NCBI GenBank assembly: GCA_963678065.2
Contig: CAXXVZ010000004.1
Location: 320,001 to 384,000, forward strand
DNA length: 64,000 bases
DNA from: Treponemataceae bacterium
GTDB taxonomy: Bacteria; Spirochaetota; Spirochaetia; Treponematales; Rectinemataceae
Reading direction: 5' to 3'
Shown here: in pieces, positions 49,269 through 58,244 of the stretch
Position numbering within the stretch: the stretch's first letter is position 1
Layout: each line of letters begins with the position of its first letter
The notes under the pieces: model-generated
What the model saw: only the letters and a program-made list of their open reading frames with translations
What the model was told of the DNA's origin: nothing
Database searches by the model: none
Position numbers and translations under genes: made by a program

Positions 49269-50132
49269 ATGAGGCGAGTCGGCATTTTTTACGCGTACTG
49301 GACCCATGAATGGGACGTCGATTTCTTTCCATTCATCGGCAAAGTCGCCGATCTTGGTTTCGAACAGCTCGAGCTGAACGGGGGCACTATCGTCCGGTTA
49401 AAAGCGGACGAGAGGAAGCGGCTTGCGGAAGCGGCGAGGGAGCGCGGCATCGCGCTGTCCTACGGGATCGGATTGCCCGCGGCATACGATCCTTCGTCTC
49501 TGGATGAGTCGATACGGCGCGAAGGCCTTTGCTTCATGAAGGAGATGATCGGCGCGGTGGCTTCCATGGGGGGCGGCATGATCGGGGGCACTGTGCATTC
49601 CTATTGGCCCGCCAAGGCACCCGCGGATCTCGCGCAGAAGGCGGCAATCCGCGCGAGAAGCCTTTCGAGCATGCGGGAGCTGGCGCCGATAGCCGAAGAT
49701 TCAGGCGTCGTGCTCAACATCGAAGTGCTCAACCGCTTCGAGCATTTTCTGTTCAACGTCTGCGATGAGGCCCTGGATTTCGTGCGTGAAGTGGACAGTC
49801 CGGCTCTCAGGATTCTCCTCGACACATTCCACATGAATATCGAGGAAGACTCGTTGGGCGACGCGATCCGCAAAACAGGGAGCTATCTCGCCGCGCTTCA
49901 TATAGGGGAAACGAACCGCAAGCTGCCAGGCATGGGTCGCATGCCCTGGGCCGAGATCAGGAAGGCGCTGGACGACATAGCCTTTGACGGGCCCCTGGTC
50001 ATGGAGCCCTTTGTCATGCCCGGCGGTCAGGTAGGCCGCGACATCGCGCTCTGGCGCGCTCTCGTGCCCGATGCCGACCTCGACAAACTGGCCGCACAGT
50101 CGGCCGCCTTCGTGAAGAGAACCCTTCGCTGA
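49269..50132 (+). CDS. D-psicose/D-tagatose 3-epimerase family ketose epimerase
   Basis: GIFYAYW, HSYWP, EVLNRFE, LDTFHMNIEE, HIGETNRKLPG, VMEPF, VGRDIALWR; GGAGG RBS. Confidence 0.9.
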   Translation: MRRVGIFYAYWTHEWDVDFFPFIGKVADLGFEQLELNGGTIVRLKADERKRLAEAARERGIALSYGIGLPAAYDPSSLDESIRREGLCFMKEMIGAVASMGGGMIGGTVHSYWPAKAPADLAQKAAIRARSLSSMRELAPIAEDSGVVLNIEVLNRFEHFLFNVCDEALDFVREVDSPALRILLDTFHMNIEEDSLGDAIRKTGSYLAALHIGETNRKLPGMGRMPWAEIRKALDDIAFDGPLVMEPFVMPGGQVGRDIALWRALVPDADLDKLAAQSAAFVKRTLR

Positions 50133-50142
50133 GGCGCAGTAC

Positions 50143-50177
50143 AAAAAGGGCTGTCCGAAGGTATTTCCGGACAGCCC
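50143..50177. terminator. Intrinsic terminator between convergent genes (U-tract on the minus strand)
   Basis: AAAAA-GGGCTGTCCG-aaggtatttc-CGGACAGCCC. Confidence 0.75.
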
Positions 50178-50202
50178 GCGATCAGTTCAACGATTCAGAC
50201 CC

Positions 50203-51192
50203 CTAGAACGCGTAGTTCTTCGCATTCTCCTTCGTGAAATCGCTCGGCGGTCCCATGATGACCGTCTTGCCGTCCGCCCAGAGGCGGATCTTGCCGACAT
50301 TGGCGACATCCTGGCCGTCGACGGGCTTCTTACCCTTGAGGAGGTCGTTCGCGAGAACGACGGTGAGGTAGCCGAGCTTGCTCGGGTCCCAGAGAGTCGC
50401 GACGCGGAGGGAACCGTCCTCGAGGTAAGGGCGGGAATCGGTCGGAAGGGCCGTGCCTACGACGGCGATCTTTCCCTTGAGTCCTTTTTCCTGAACAGCC
50501 TGCGCAGCGCCGAGCGGGGCCGGCGTGGAAACGCCGATGATGCCTTTGAGGTTCGGATAAGCCTTGATCAGGTCGAGGGCTTTCTGGTAGGCGATCTGCT
50601 GCTTCTCGTCGGAGGGGACCTTGGTGGTGACAAGGTGAAGTCTGGGATATTTGGTCTTCGCATACTCGAGACCGGCATCGATCCAGCCGTTGAGATTGGC
50701 GGCGGAGAGTCCGCCGGTGATGATGGCGTAATCGCCCGTGTCGCCCATTTCCTTCACGAGGAGGTCCCAGTTATGCTGGCCGTAGACCTTGTCGTCGATC
50801 TGGTGGACCGAGAGGTCGACAAGATTCTTGTCGGCGGGGGTGTCCCAGTCGAGGACGACGATGCCGGCAGCCTTCGCTTTTTTCAGGACGGGAGAAAGGG
50901 CCGCGGGATCGTTCGGCGCGACACAGATCGCGTTGACGCCCTTGCTGATGAGGTCTTCGAGCATGCGGACCTGCTCTGCCGCATCGGCGGTGGTCGGGCC
51001 CGTGTAGATGACATTGACGCCGAGATCGACTCCCGCTTTCTTAGCACCGACTTCCGATGCGTTGAAATACGGGATACCGACGAGTTTCGGCATGACGACG
51101 ATCGTCATCTTCTTGTCTTGCGCGAATACAATTCCGGTCGCAAAAGCGAGGACGACGATCGCAAGTGCGATTTTCTTTACAGAGTTCATCAT
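50203..51192 (-). CDS. Sugar ABC substrate-binding protein, LsrB/RhaS-like
   Basis: Signal peptide, PKLVGIPYF, WDTP, LWDP. Confidence 0.9.
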   Translation of the reverse strand: MMNSVKKIALAIVVLAFATGIVFAQDKKMTIVVMPKLVGIPYFNASEVGAKKAGVDLGVNVIYTGPTTADAAEQVRMLEDLISKGVNAICVAPNDPAALSPVLKKAKAAGIVVLDWDTPADKNLVDLSVHQIDDKVYGQHNWDLLVKEMGDTGDYAIITGGLSAANLNGWIDAGLEYAKTKYPRLHLVTTKVPSDEKQQIAYQKALDLIKAYPNLKGIIGVSTPAPLGAAQAVQEKGLKGKIAVVGTALPTDSRPYLEDGSLRVATLWDPSKLGYLTVVLANDLLKGKKPVDGQDVANVGKIRLWADGKTVIMGPPSDFTKENAKNYAF

Positions 51193-51212
51193 TTTCCCCT
51201 CCCAATGGAAAT

Positions 51213-51379
51213 CATCCGGACATACGTCTGGATGTCTTCAACCTTGATTCGCATGCGGGTCCATACCCCTCGAAGCTGCTTCGCTCTTTCTTGTGAAGTG
51301 ACATCGGGTATGGACCCGCATACAATCCATTCCTTACAGAACGAACGATACCCCGGAGCTCTGCTCCGGGGTATCGTTC
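51213..51379 (-). other. Highly structured intergenic element (three stem-loops) between permease and SBP genes
   Basis: Inverted repeats at 51343-51379 (17 bp perfect), 51253-51321 (16 bp perfect, 37-nt loop) and 51213-51234 (9 bp, 1 mismatch). Confidence 0.7.
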
Positions 51380-51380
51380 A

Positions 51381-52373
51381 TTACGCGGTCGCTTTCTTTC
51401 CCGCGTTGATGAGATTCAGGGCAAGCACCAGGATCAGGATGCCGCCCATGGCGACGTTGATGACGAAGCGGTTCACTCCGAAAATATTCAATCCGCTCGA
51501 GATGATCTGGAGGATCATGACGGCGAAAACGGTTCCGGCAACCTTTCCGTAGCCGCCGGCGATGTCCGTCCCGCCCAGCACCGCCGCGGCCACGCTTTGG
51601 AGAAGGTAGGAGGAGCCGTAGGACTCCTTCGCCGAATTGTAGCGCGATGACATGAGGATGCCGGCAAATGCGCACAGGAGGGCGGAGAAGAGGTAGATGC
51701 CGAAGAGGACCTTCTTCACGTTGACGCCCGAATAGGCCGTCACCGTCGGGTTGCAGCCGATCATGTAGACTTTGAGTCCGAACGAGCTCCGCTCCATCAG
51801 ATAGTAGGTCACGATCACCACGATGATGAAAAGGATCAATGGAAAGGGGATTCCGAAAATCGCGGTGTTCCCGAACCAGAGAAAGGCATCGGGGAAGCCT
51901 GAAATGGCCCCACCCTTGGTGATGTTGAGGCATATGCCCTCGAACAGGGTGCTGGTTCCGAGAGTCGCGAGCATCGGCGTGATACCGATGCCGGCGACGA
52001 CAAAGCCGTTCACCGCCCCGCAGGCGAGGGCGACGACGAGGAAGGTCGCAAGTCCCGCGATGATAGTGATGGCCGGGGAAGTTCCGGATGCTGTCATCGT
52101 CGCGAGCACCAGACCACCCACAATGGAAGCCAGGGCCGAGGTGAAGGTGATCGAGAGGTTGATGCCGCCGGTCACGATGACGACCATCATGGCGATGGCG
52201 AAGATGCCGAACTCGGGCAGCTGGTAGGCCATCGACTGGAGGTTCCTCCAGGTCAGGAATGTTTTCGGGGACAGGATCGACATGACAGCGAAGACCCCGA
52301 TGAATATGAAGAACAGCACCGCTTCCTTACTCCGGAAACGCTGGATGAATCTCAGGCCCGCATTGTTTTTCAC
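51381..52373 (-). CDS. Sugar ABC transporter permease
   Basis: GGINLS, PMLATLG, VLGGTDIAGGYG. Confidence 0.92.
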   Translation of the reverse strand: MKNNAGLRFIQRFRSKEAVLFFIFIGVFAVMSILSPKTFLTWRNLQSMAYQLPEFGIFAIAMMVVIVTGGINLSITFTSALASIVGGLVLATMTASGTSPAITIIAGLATFLVVALACGAVNGFVVAGIGITPMLATLGTSTLFEGICLNITKGGAISGFPDAFLWFGNTAIFGIPFPLILFIIVVIVTYYLMERSSFGLKVYMIGCNPTVTAYSGVNVKKVLFGIYLFSALLCAFAGILMSSRYNSAKESYGSSYLLQSVAAAVLGGTDIAGGYGKVAGTVFAVMILQIISSGLNIFGVNRFVINVAMGGILILVLALNLINAGKKATA

Positions 52374-52393
52374 GCTCTGTCTCCGTAGCTTTT

Positions 52394-53398
52394 TCAGTCT
52401 TCTTCGATGTCGACTTTGGTTGTATGGCTGTCCCAGTACCGCTTCTGCACTACGTCGAAGCCGATCGACGTGATCAGGACGATACCCACCACGATCTTCT
52501 GCCAGAAGGTCGGAATATGCATCAGGATCAGTCCGTTGTTGATCACGGTAAAAAGTGCCACGCCGAGGATCGTGCCGAGCACGGAGCCGTACCCGCCGAG
52601 CGTGCTCGCGCCGCCGAGGACGACTGCGGCGATGACCTGCATCTCGAATCCGTTGAAGGCGTTCGGGTCGACCTGGCGCATGATCGAGGTATGAACCACG
52701 CCGGAAAGCCCGACGATGAAGCCCTCGTACGCGTAGAGGAAGATCGTTATCCGGTCAAGGTTGTAGCCTACCCGTTCCGCCGAAACCCGGTTGCCTCCCA
52801 TCGCGTAGATCCCGCGGCCGATGAGTGTGTACTTCAGCAGGAACCAGGTAAGGATGGCGGCGAAAATGAAGAACAGGAGCTGGACGGGGAAGCCGATCAT
52901 CGTATCGCCCTGCCTGTAGAATGATCCGATCGTCTGCCGGCCGAAATTGATGAAGTTCTGCGGAAGGCCGGTGATCCACGTGCCGTTCGTCAGGTAGAGG
53001 GTGAGGCCGATGATGACGCTCATCGTGCCGAGCGTGACGACGATCGGCGGTATCCGCATCTTGGCAATCAGTATCCCGTTGATGAGGCCCATGATGGTCC
53101 CCGCGGCGCACCCGACCAGAACGGCCAGAAACACGTTGCCCGAGACCCTGACCAGAAACTGACCGACGATGACGGTCACCGCCGCGATCATGGAACCGAC
53201 CGAAACGTCGATCCCGCCGGTCAAAAGGACGAGGAGCATGCCTATCGACATGATGCCGAGCACCACATTGCTCTTGAGGATGTCGAAGAGATTCTCCACA
53301 GTCAGAAAGGCGCTCGAGTTCATCGCGATGATGCCCGAGACGACGACCAGGATGGCGAAAATACCGAATTCCCGGTTCTGTTTCAATTTGAGTTTCAT
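52394..53398 (-). CDS. Sugar ABC transporter permease
   Basis: GGIDVSVG, PPIVVTLG, GRGIYAMGGN. Confidence 0.92.
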   Translation of the reverse strand: MKLKLKQNREFGIFAILVVVSGIIAMNSSAFLTVENLFDILKSNVVLGIMSIGMLLVLLTGGIDVSVGSMIAAVTVIVGQFLVRVSGNVFLAVLVGCAAGTIMGLINGILIAKMRIPPIVVTLGTMSVIIGLTLYLTNGTWITGLPQNFINFGRQTIGSFYRQGDTMIGFPVQLLFFIFAAILTWFLLKYTLIGRGIYAMGGNRVSAERVGYNLDRITIFLYAYEGFIVGLSGVVHTSIMRQVDPNAFNGFEMQVIAAVVLGGASTLGGYGSVLGTILGVALFTVINNGLILMHIPTFWQKIVVGIVLITSIGFDVVQKRYWDSHTTKVDIEED

Positions 53399-53429
53399 AA
53401 TGGTCGGTTCCTTGCGTTCCTATTCCCGT

Positions 53430-54944
53430 TCACGTGGTCGCCTGCTGCTTAACGCCCAGGATCGCCTTGTTCATGATCTCTTCCTGCGTCGTCGTCGCGC
53501 CGTCGAATTCCCCCGAGATCTTGCCGCGGCGCATGACGATCACGCGATCCGCGATGGCGAGAATTTCCGGCAGCTCGGACGATACCATGATGATGCTGAT
53601 GCCACTTCCGGCGAGGTCGCGCAGGAGCTTGTGTATCTCCGCCTTCGCCCCGACATCGATGCCGTTCGTCGGCTCGTCGACCAAGAGGATTTTGGGGTCC
53701 AGCGCGAGCCATTTGGCGAGCACGACCCGCTGCTGGTTCCCGCCCGAGAGCTTTGTCGCGAGCATATCGGGGAGCGCCGGCTTGATGTTCAGCGTACGAA
53801 TCCACGTGTCGACGAGCTCTTTCCTCTTCTCGCGGTCAATGAGCCCAAGTCGGGCTTTCATCCTGTCGATCACGGTGATGGCGATATTGTCGGACATCGA
53901 CTTGCGGAGCACGAGCCCCTCGCTCAGACGGTTCTCCGGCAGGTAGGCAAGACCGTGCCGGACGGCGTCCTGCGCCGATGTGATCGTGATCTCCTTCCCT
54001 TCGAGAAAAAGGTGGCCGGAATCCTGACGGTTGATGCCATAGATGGCCTTCAGGATCTCGGTGCGTCCGGCGCCGACAAGGCCCGTGATGCCGAGGATCT
54101 CTCCTCTGTTCACATGGAAGGAAATGTTCTTGAAATTCCCCGCTTTGTTGAAATCCTTCACCTCGAGGACCTTGTCCGTGCTCTTGCGCTTGGGATAGAT
54201 CGTATGCTCGATTTTGCGTCCCACCATGAGGGAGATGAGGCGATCGTCGTCCAGTTCCTCCTCGCCGAAGGTGCCGAGGTACTTGCCGTCGCGGAGAATG
54301 CTGAAGCGGTCGGATACGGCGAAAAGCTCGTCGAGCTTGTGGCTGACGAACAGGATCGATATGCCGCTCTCCTTCAGATTCCTCATGATTTTGAACAGGA
54401 GCTCGACCTCGCTCCTGGAGAGCGCCGAGGTCGGCTCGTCCATGATGAGCAGCCTGGCGTTGTAGGTGAGCGCCCGAGCGATAGCCACGAGTTGCTGCTT
54501 GGCGACCGAAAGCTCGCCGAGCGGGGTGTCGATATCGATATCGATGCCAAGCCGGTCGAGCGCCGCGCGGGCATTCTTCCTGATCGTCCGCCAGTTGAGA
54601 ACCGCGGTCCCCTTCTCGATATCCGTCGTGATGGCGATATTTTCCGCCACACTCGTATTGGGAAACAGGGAAAAATCCTGGTATATGACGACGATACCCG
54701 TCTTGAGCGCCTCGAGTGGCGTCATCACCTCGATTTTCTTCCCGTCGATGAAGATCTCGGCACCCTTGTCGGATTGGTATACGCCGGACAGGATCTTTAT
54801 CAGAGTGGATTTTCCGGCGCCGTTCTCGCCGATAAGGGCGTGGATCTCTCCGCGCTTGACCTCGAGACTGATGTCATCGAGCGCCGTGACGCCCGGGAAA
54901 GTCTTGCTGACGTGGAAAATCTGCAAGAACGCATTCGGATTCAT
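53430..54944 (-). CDS. Sugar ABC transporter ATP-binding protein
   Basis: GENGAGKST, MDEPT, LSGGNQQR, GIDVGAK; ATG 54944 after GGGAG. Confidence 0.93.
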   Translation of the reverse strand: MNPNAFLQIFHVSKTFPGVTALDDISLEVKRGEIHALIGENGAGKSTLIKILSGVYQSDKGAEIFIDGKKIEVMTPLEALKTGIVVIYQDFSLFPNTSVAENIAITTDIEKGTAVLNWRTIRKNARAALDRLGIDIDIDTPLGELSVAKQQLVAIARALTYNARLLIMDEPTSALSRSEVELLFKIMRNLKESGISILFVSHKLDELFAVSDRFSILRDGKYLGTFGEEELDDDRLISLMVGRKIEHTIYPKRKSTDKVLEVKDFNKAGNFKNISFHVNRGEILGITGLVGAGRTEILKAIYGINRQDSGHLFLEGKEITITSAQDAVRHGLAYLPENRLSEGLVLRKSMSDNIAITVIDRMKARLGLIDREKRKELVDTWIRTLNIKPALPDMLATKLSGGNQQRVVLAKWLALDPKILLVDEPTNGIDVGAKAEIHKLLRDLAGSGISIIMVSSELPEILAIADRVIVMRRGKISGEFDGATTTQEEIMNKAILGVKQQATT

Positions 54945-55026
54945 GCTGGTCTGCTCCCGTTCATCCGTCGGTGGCGGTTCATTGTTTCCGAATACATGTT
55001 CCACCCGTTCCGTTCTGCCGTACATG

Positions 55027-55057
55027 CACAAAATGATACTTTGAGATACACAAAGTG
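55027..55057. promoter_or_regulatory. Tandem direct repeat, candidate AraC-family binding site
   Basis: CACAAAATG (55027) and CACAAAGTG (55049), 22-bp period, between the divergent ABC operon and AraC gene. Confidence 0.55.
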
Positions 55058-55082
55058 CAGTTCCGGGAGTTATAGTGACGAA

Positions 55083-55973
55083 GTGAGCTTCAACTCATTT
55101 TTCAAGTATGTGAACTACAGTCCCCGCGATGCGGCGTGGGGCATCTACTGCATAGACGCCGGAGCCGTCGAAATAAAGGCAGGCGATCCCTACCCCTACA
55201 AGGCGGACCGTCATCCCGCCCAGTACACGCGGCACTGGGAAAACGGCCGGGTCCTCAATGAATTCCAATTCCTCTATATCACAAAGGGAGAGGGAATTTT
55301 CCGTACACAAAAAGGAGAAACGAAGCTCCATGAGGGAAGTTTCGTCATCATCGTTCCGGGATACTGGCACTGGTACCGGCCGGACAAGGAAACCGGCTGG
55401 ATCGAATTCTGGATCGGATTCGACGGAGACTATCCCCGGATGCTCCGCGAACACGGCTTTTTAGGGCCTGAACCGCAGGTGCTGGATATCGGAACACATG
55501 AAACCATCGTCTCGCACTTCAACCGGATCATCGACGGCGTGGAAAACGAACGCCCCGGCTACCAGCAGATCGTCGCGTCCCTCATCCCGCTCATCTATGC
55601 CGAGGTATCTTCGTACTCTTCGCGGCCGGAGATCGAGGCGCGCGGGAAAGATCTTTTCGAACGCATCAAGTTCATTTTCGAGGCGAACCTGCACGGCACC
55701 CTCGACATGGAATCCCTTGCCGCGGAGCTCAACCTCAACTACACGAGTCTCCGGGAAGACTTCAAGTCCTACACGGGGCTTTCTCCGTATCAGTACTTTC
55801 TCCAGATGAAGATCAACCGCGCCAAGGAACTCCTCCTCGACGGCGGACTCTCCGTCAAGGAAATATCCTACAAGCTTTCCTTCGAAAACCCGTACTACTT
55901 CTCCCGGCTTTTCAAGAAAAAAACGGGAGTCGCCCCGTCGCACTGGAACGGCATCACTACGGCGGAAGACTGA
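55083..55973 (+). CDS. AraC family transcriptional regulator (start uncertain: GTG 55083 or TTG 55041)
   Basis: GRVLNEFQFLYITKGEG cupin domain, WHWYRP, C-terminal FK.YTGLSP...SVKEI..LSFENPYYFSRLFKKKTG. Confidence 0.9.
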   Translation: MSFNSFFKYVNYSPRDAAWGIYCIDAGAVEIKAGDPYPYKADRHPAQYTRHWENGRVLNEFQFLYITKGEGIFRTQKGETKLHEGSFVIIVPGYWHWYRPDKETGWIEFWIGFDGDYPRMLREHGFLGPEPQVLDIGTHETIVSHFNRIIDGVENERPGYQQIVASLIPLIYAEVSSYSSRPEIEARGKDLFERIKFIFEANLHGTLDMESLAAELNLNYTSLREDFKSYTGLSPYQYFLQMKINRAKELLLDGGLSVKEISYKLSFENPYYFSRLFKKKTGVAPSHWNGITTAED

Positions 55974-56053
55974 AGTCAGGACACCCCGGCCTAAGGACGC
56001 GCGGACATCGGGGATGTGGCGCACGTCGAAGGGACTCGCTACAATGCGTCATC

Positions 56054-56653
56054 ATGAACCGCTACCAAGTGTTTACGAACTCTACCGAAAAAGCTACGAA
56101 AAGCAGGGAAATAAAATATTGTTCCCATTGTGGTTCCGGCCTGACATTCACCTCAATTGGCGGGTTTACCCGTCAGCGATGCGGGAACTGCGGATTCGTA
56201 TACTTTCTGAACCCGAACCCGGGAGTGACGATAATAATCAGGAACGATGACAGTGAAGTACTTATTGGTAAAAGAATAAAAATGACGGAATATGGCGACA
56301 GATGGTGCCTGCCCGGCGGGTACATAGAGTACGAGGAGAGCTTCATCGACGCGACCATCCGCGAAGTGCGGGAAGAAACGGGCCTCTCGGTCGAGCTGGA
56401 AGGGATAATCAATATCGTGTCAAATATGCTCGATGATTCGCATCATACACTGGTTGTCGTTCTGTTGGGAAAACCCATTACCAATCAGCTCGTTCCCGGG
56501 GATGATGTTTCGGAACTGAAGTGGATAGACAAAAACGGGCATGCGTCGATCGAATACGCATTTGAGGCGGACAAGAGAATCATCGACTGCTTTTTCGAGG
56601 GTGATCTTGAAATGATACCCATCGACGGACGATATAAACAATTAAGTAACTGA
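56054..56653 (+). CDS. Zinc-ribbon NUDIX hydrolase
   Basis: CSHCG...CGNCG, PGGYIEYEESFIDATIREVREETGL Nudix box; visibly AT-richer than its neighbours. Confidence 0.88.
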   Translation: MNRYQVFTNSTEKATKSREIKYCSHCGSGLTFTSIGGFTRQRCGNCGFVYFLNPNPGVTIIIRNDDSEVLIGKRIKMTEYGDRWCLPGGYIEYEESFIDATIREVREETGLSVELEGIINIVSNMLDDSHHTLVVVLLGKPITNQLVPGDDVSELKWIDKNGHASIEYAFEADKRIIDCFFEGDLEMIPIDGRYKQLSN

Positions 56654-56687
56654 GGAATACTGCGCCTGCCACTTTGCCATGCGTCGG

Positions 56688-56741
56688 CTTGATGACCGGC
56701 ACGATGCCGACGTTTCCCAGCGCGACGATGATTTCGTTCAT
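56688..56741 (-). pseudogene. 5' stump (18 codons) of a KDPG/KHG aldolase (Eda family)
   Basis: ATG 56741 gives MNEIIVALGNVGIVPVIK, the typical Eda N-terminus (...GIVPVI); the frame then runs into unrelated sequence and the antisense end of the NUDIX gene. Confidence 0.6.
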
Positions 56742-56817
56742 GTGGTTCTCTTTGCCCCGGAGCGCCGGCGCGGCAACTTCTTCGTCCCCGTCCGGCAGGT
56801 TCCTGCGCGCGTGCGCG

Positions 56818-57453
56818 TCAATGTATGAAATTCATGAAAACTTTCTTTTCCGGCTCGGGCTCCGGAACGACAGCCTTCCCCGCGTCGACGAGGCGCATGA
56901 GCCAGACCATGTTGCGCCCGAGCACCCGCATGATCTGGACTCCTTCGAGGTCCTGCTCCACTTCTCCGGGAGCGCCGCCATGGATGACGTTCCAGTAATT
57001 CGATGCCGGAATCAGCATTTCCGAGTAGAGAAGATACCTGTTCAGCTGTTCGAAGGCGGGCAGTCCGCCTGATCTCCTGACGGCGACGAGGGAGGCGCCG
57101 ACCTTGTGCCTCATGATGTTGCCGTTGCTGCCGGACACGTAGAAGGCCCGGTCGAGGAATGATTTCATCGTCGCGCCGATTCCGGAATAATGGACCGGCG
57201 AGCCCAGGATGATTCCGTCGGCGTTTTTCATGAGCTGTATCCAGCCGTTCACTCCGTCGTCCGGAAGCGCGCATTTTTCGTCGCGGTTCCTGCGGCAGGC
57301 GCCGCAGCCGATGCAGCCTCTGAGAGGCTTGTCGCCCACGTGGATTATCTCGGTCCCGATACCCTGCGCTTCGAGTTCGGCCGCCGCCATCCGTATTGCG
57401 AGGAAAGTATTGCCTTCCTTCCTCGGACTCCCGTTGAATGCCACTACTCTCAT
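56818..57453 (-). CDS. Iron-sulfur flavoprotein / NADPH-dependent FMN reductase (flavodoxin-like)
   Basis: NGSPRKEGNT, CIGCGAC...C, GSPVHY, AVRRSGG. Confidence 0.9.
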   Translation of the reverse strand: MRVVAFNGSPRKEGNTFLAIRMAAAELEAQGIGTEIIHVGDKPLRGCIGCGACRRNRDEKCALPDDGVNGWIQLMKNADGIILGSPVHYSGIGATMKSFLDRAFYVSGSNGNIMRHKVGASLVAVRRSGGLPAFEQLNRYLLYSEMLIPASNYWNVIHGGAPGEVEQDLEGVQIMRVLGRNMVWLMRLVDAGKAVVPEPEPEKKVFMNFIH

Positions 57454-58244
57454 GGCTGTTCTCCTTCGCGATCCGTTTCGACGATTTCCACACCGTTCTC
57501 TTCCAGAAAACTCTTCTCTTCGTCCCCCATGACGTCGGTGATGAAACAGTCGATGACACCGGAGGTGGCGAAACCCGCGAAGGAATTCCGCCCCAGTTTC
57601 GAGAAATCGACGAGGAAAAACACCTTTGTGGCGATGGAGATCATGAGCCGCTTGAGCTCGGCCTGCTGGAGGTCGGGAGTGCTCGCCCCGCGCTCGATGG
57701 AGAAGGCGTTCGCGGCCATGAAGGCTTTGTCGACCGTCAGCGAGCGGAGCATGCCTTCGGCCATGGAGCCCACGGTGCAGTGGAAGCCCTTGCGGAGGAA
57801 TCCCCCGATGACGTGGACGACCGCGCTCGGATGATCTTCGAGGCTGGATGCTATGGCGAGATCGTTGGTCAGGACCGTGATGTTTTTCCGGGCGGCGAGG
57901 AGGAGGGCGAGTTCGTAGGTGGTCGAGCCTGTGTCGAGGATGAGCGTGTCCCCGTCCTCGATTCTCTTCAGGGCGGCCATGGCGATGCGTTTTTTCGCCT
58001 CGGCGTGCTGTACGGATTTGTCGGCCGCGTCGGGCTCGAATCTGGCCTGGCCCTGGATTATCGCCCCACCGTGGGTGCGGACGAGGAGCTTGTTCTGCTC
58101 GAGATCGCGCAGGTCGTTGCGGATCGTCGCGCTCGAGACTTCGAATTTTTCACAGAGCTCGTTGACGCTGGCCTTTTTGCGCGACTTGACGTAATCGAGG
58201 ATGGCCTGCTTGCGCTCTTCCACGAAAACCTGTTCCTTTTTCAT
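57450..58244 (-). CDS. DeoR/GlpR family transcriptional regulator
   Basis: ERKQAIL...VSSATIRNDL..LE...RTHGGA, LDTGSTT, DFSK. Confidence 0.94.
   Translation of the reverse strand: MKKEQVFVEERKQAILDYVKSRKKASVNELCEKFEVSSATIRNDLRDLEQNKLLVRTHGGAIIQGQARFEPDAADKSVQHAEAKKRIAMAALKRIEDGDTLILDTGSTTYELALLLAARKNITVLTNDLAIASSLEDHPSAVVHVIGGFLRKGFHCTVGSMAEGMLRSLTVDKAFMAANAFSIERGASTPDLQQAELKRLMISIATKVFFLVDFSKLGRNSFAGFATSGVIDCFITDVMGDEEKSFLEENGVEIVETDREGEQP

Noticed and set aside
50203..51192. AI-2 quorum-sensing (Lsr) system
   Set aside because: The SBP has NL where canonical LsrB has the AI-2-binding DQ pair, and there is no recognisable lsrK/R/F/G set beside it; a sugar ligand is more likely.
53169..55082. 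Apparent 934-aa protein with an AraC C-terminus
   Set aside because: The N-terminal part is the antisense frame of the ABC ATPase; only about the last 297 codons are the regulator.
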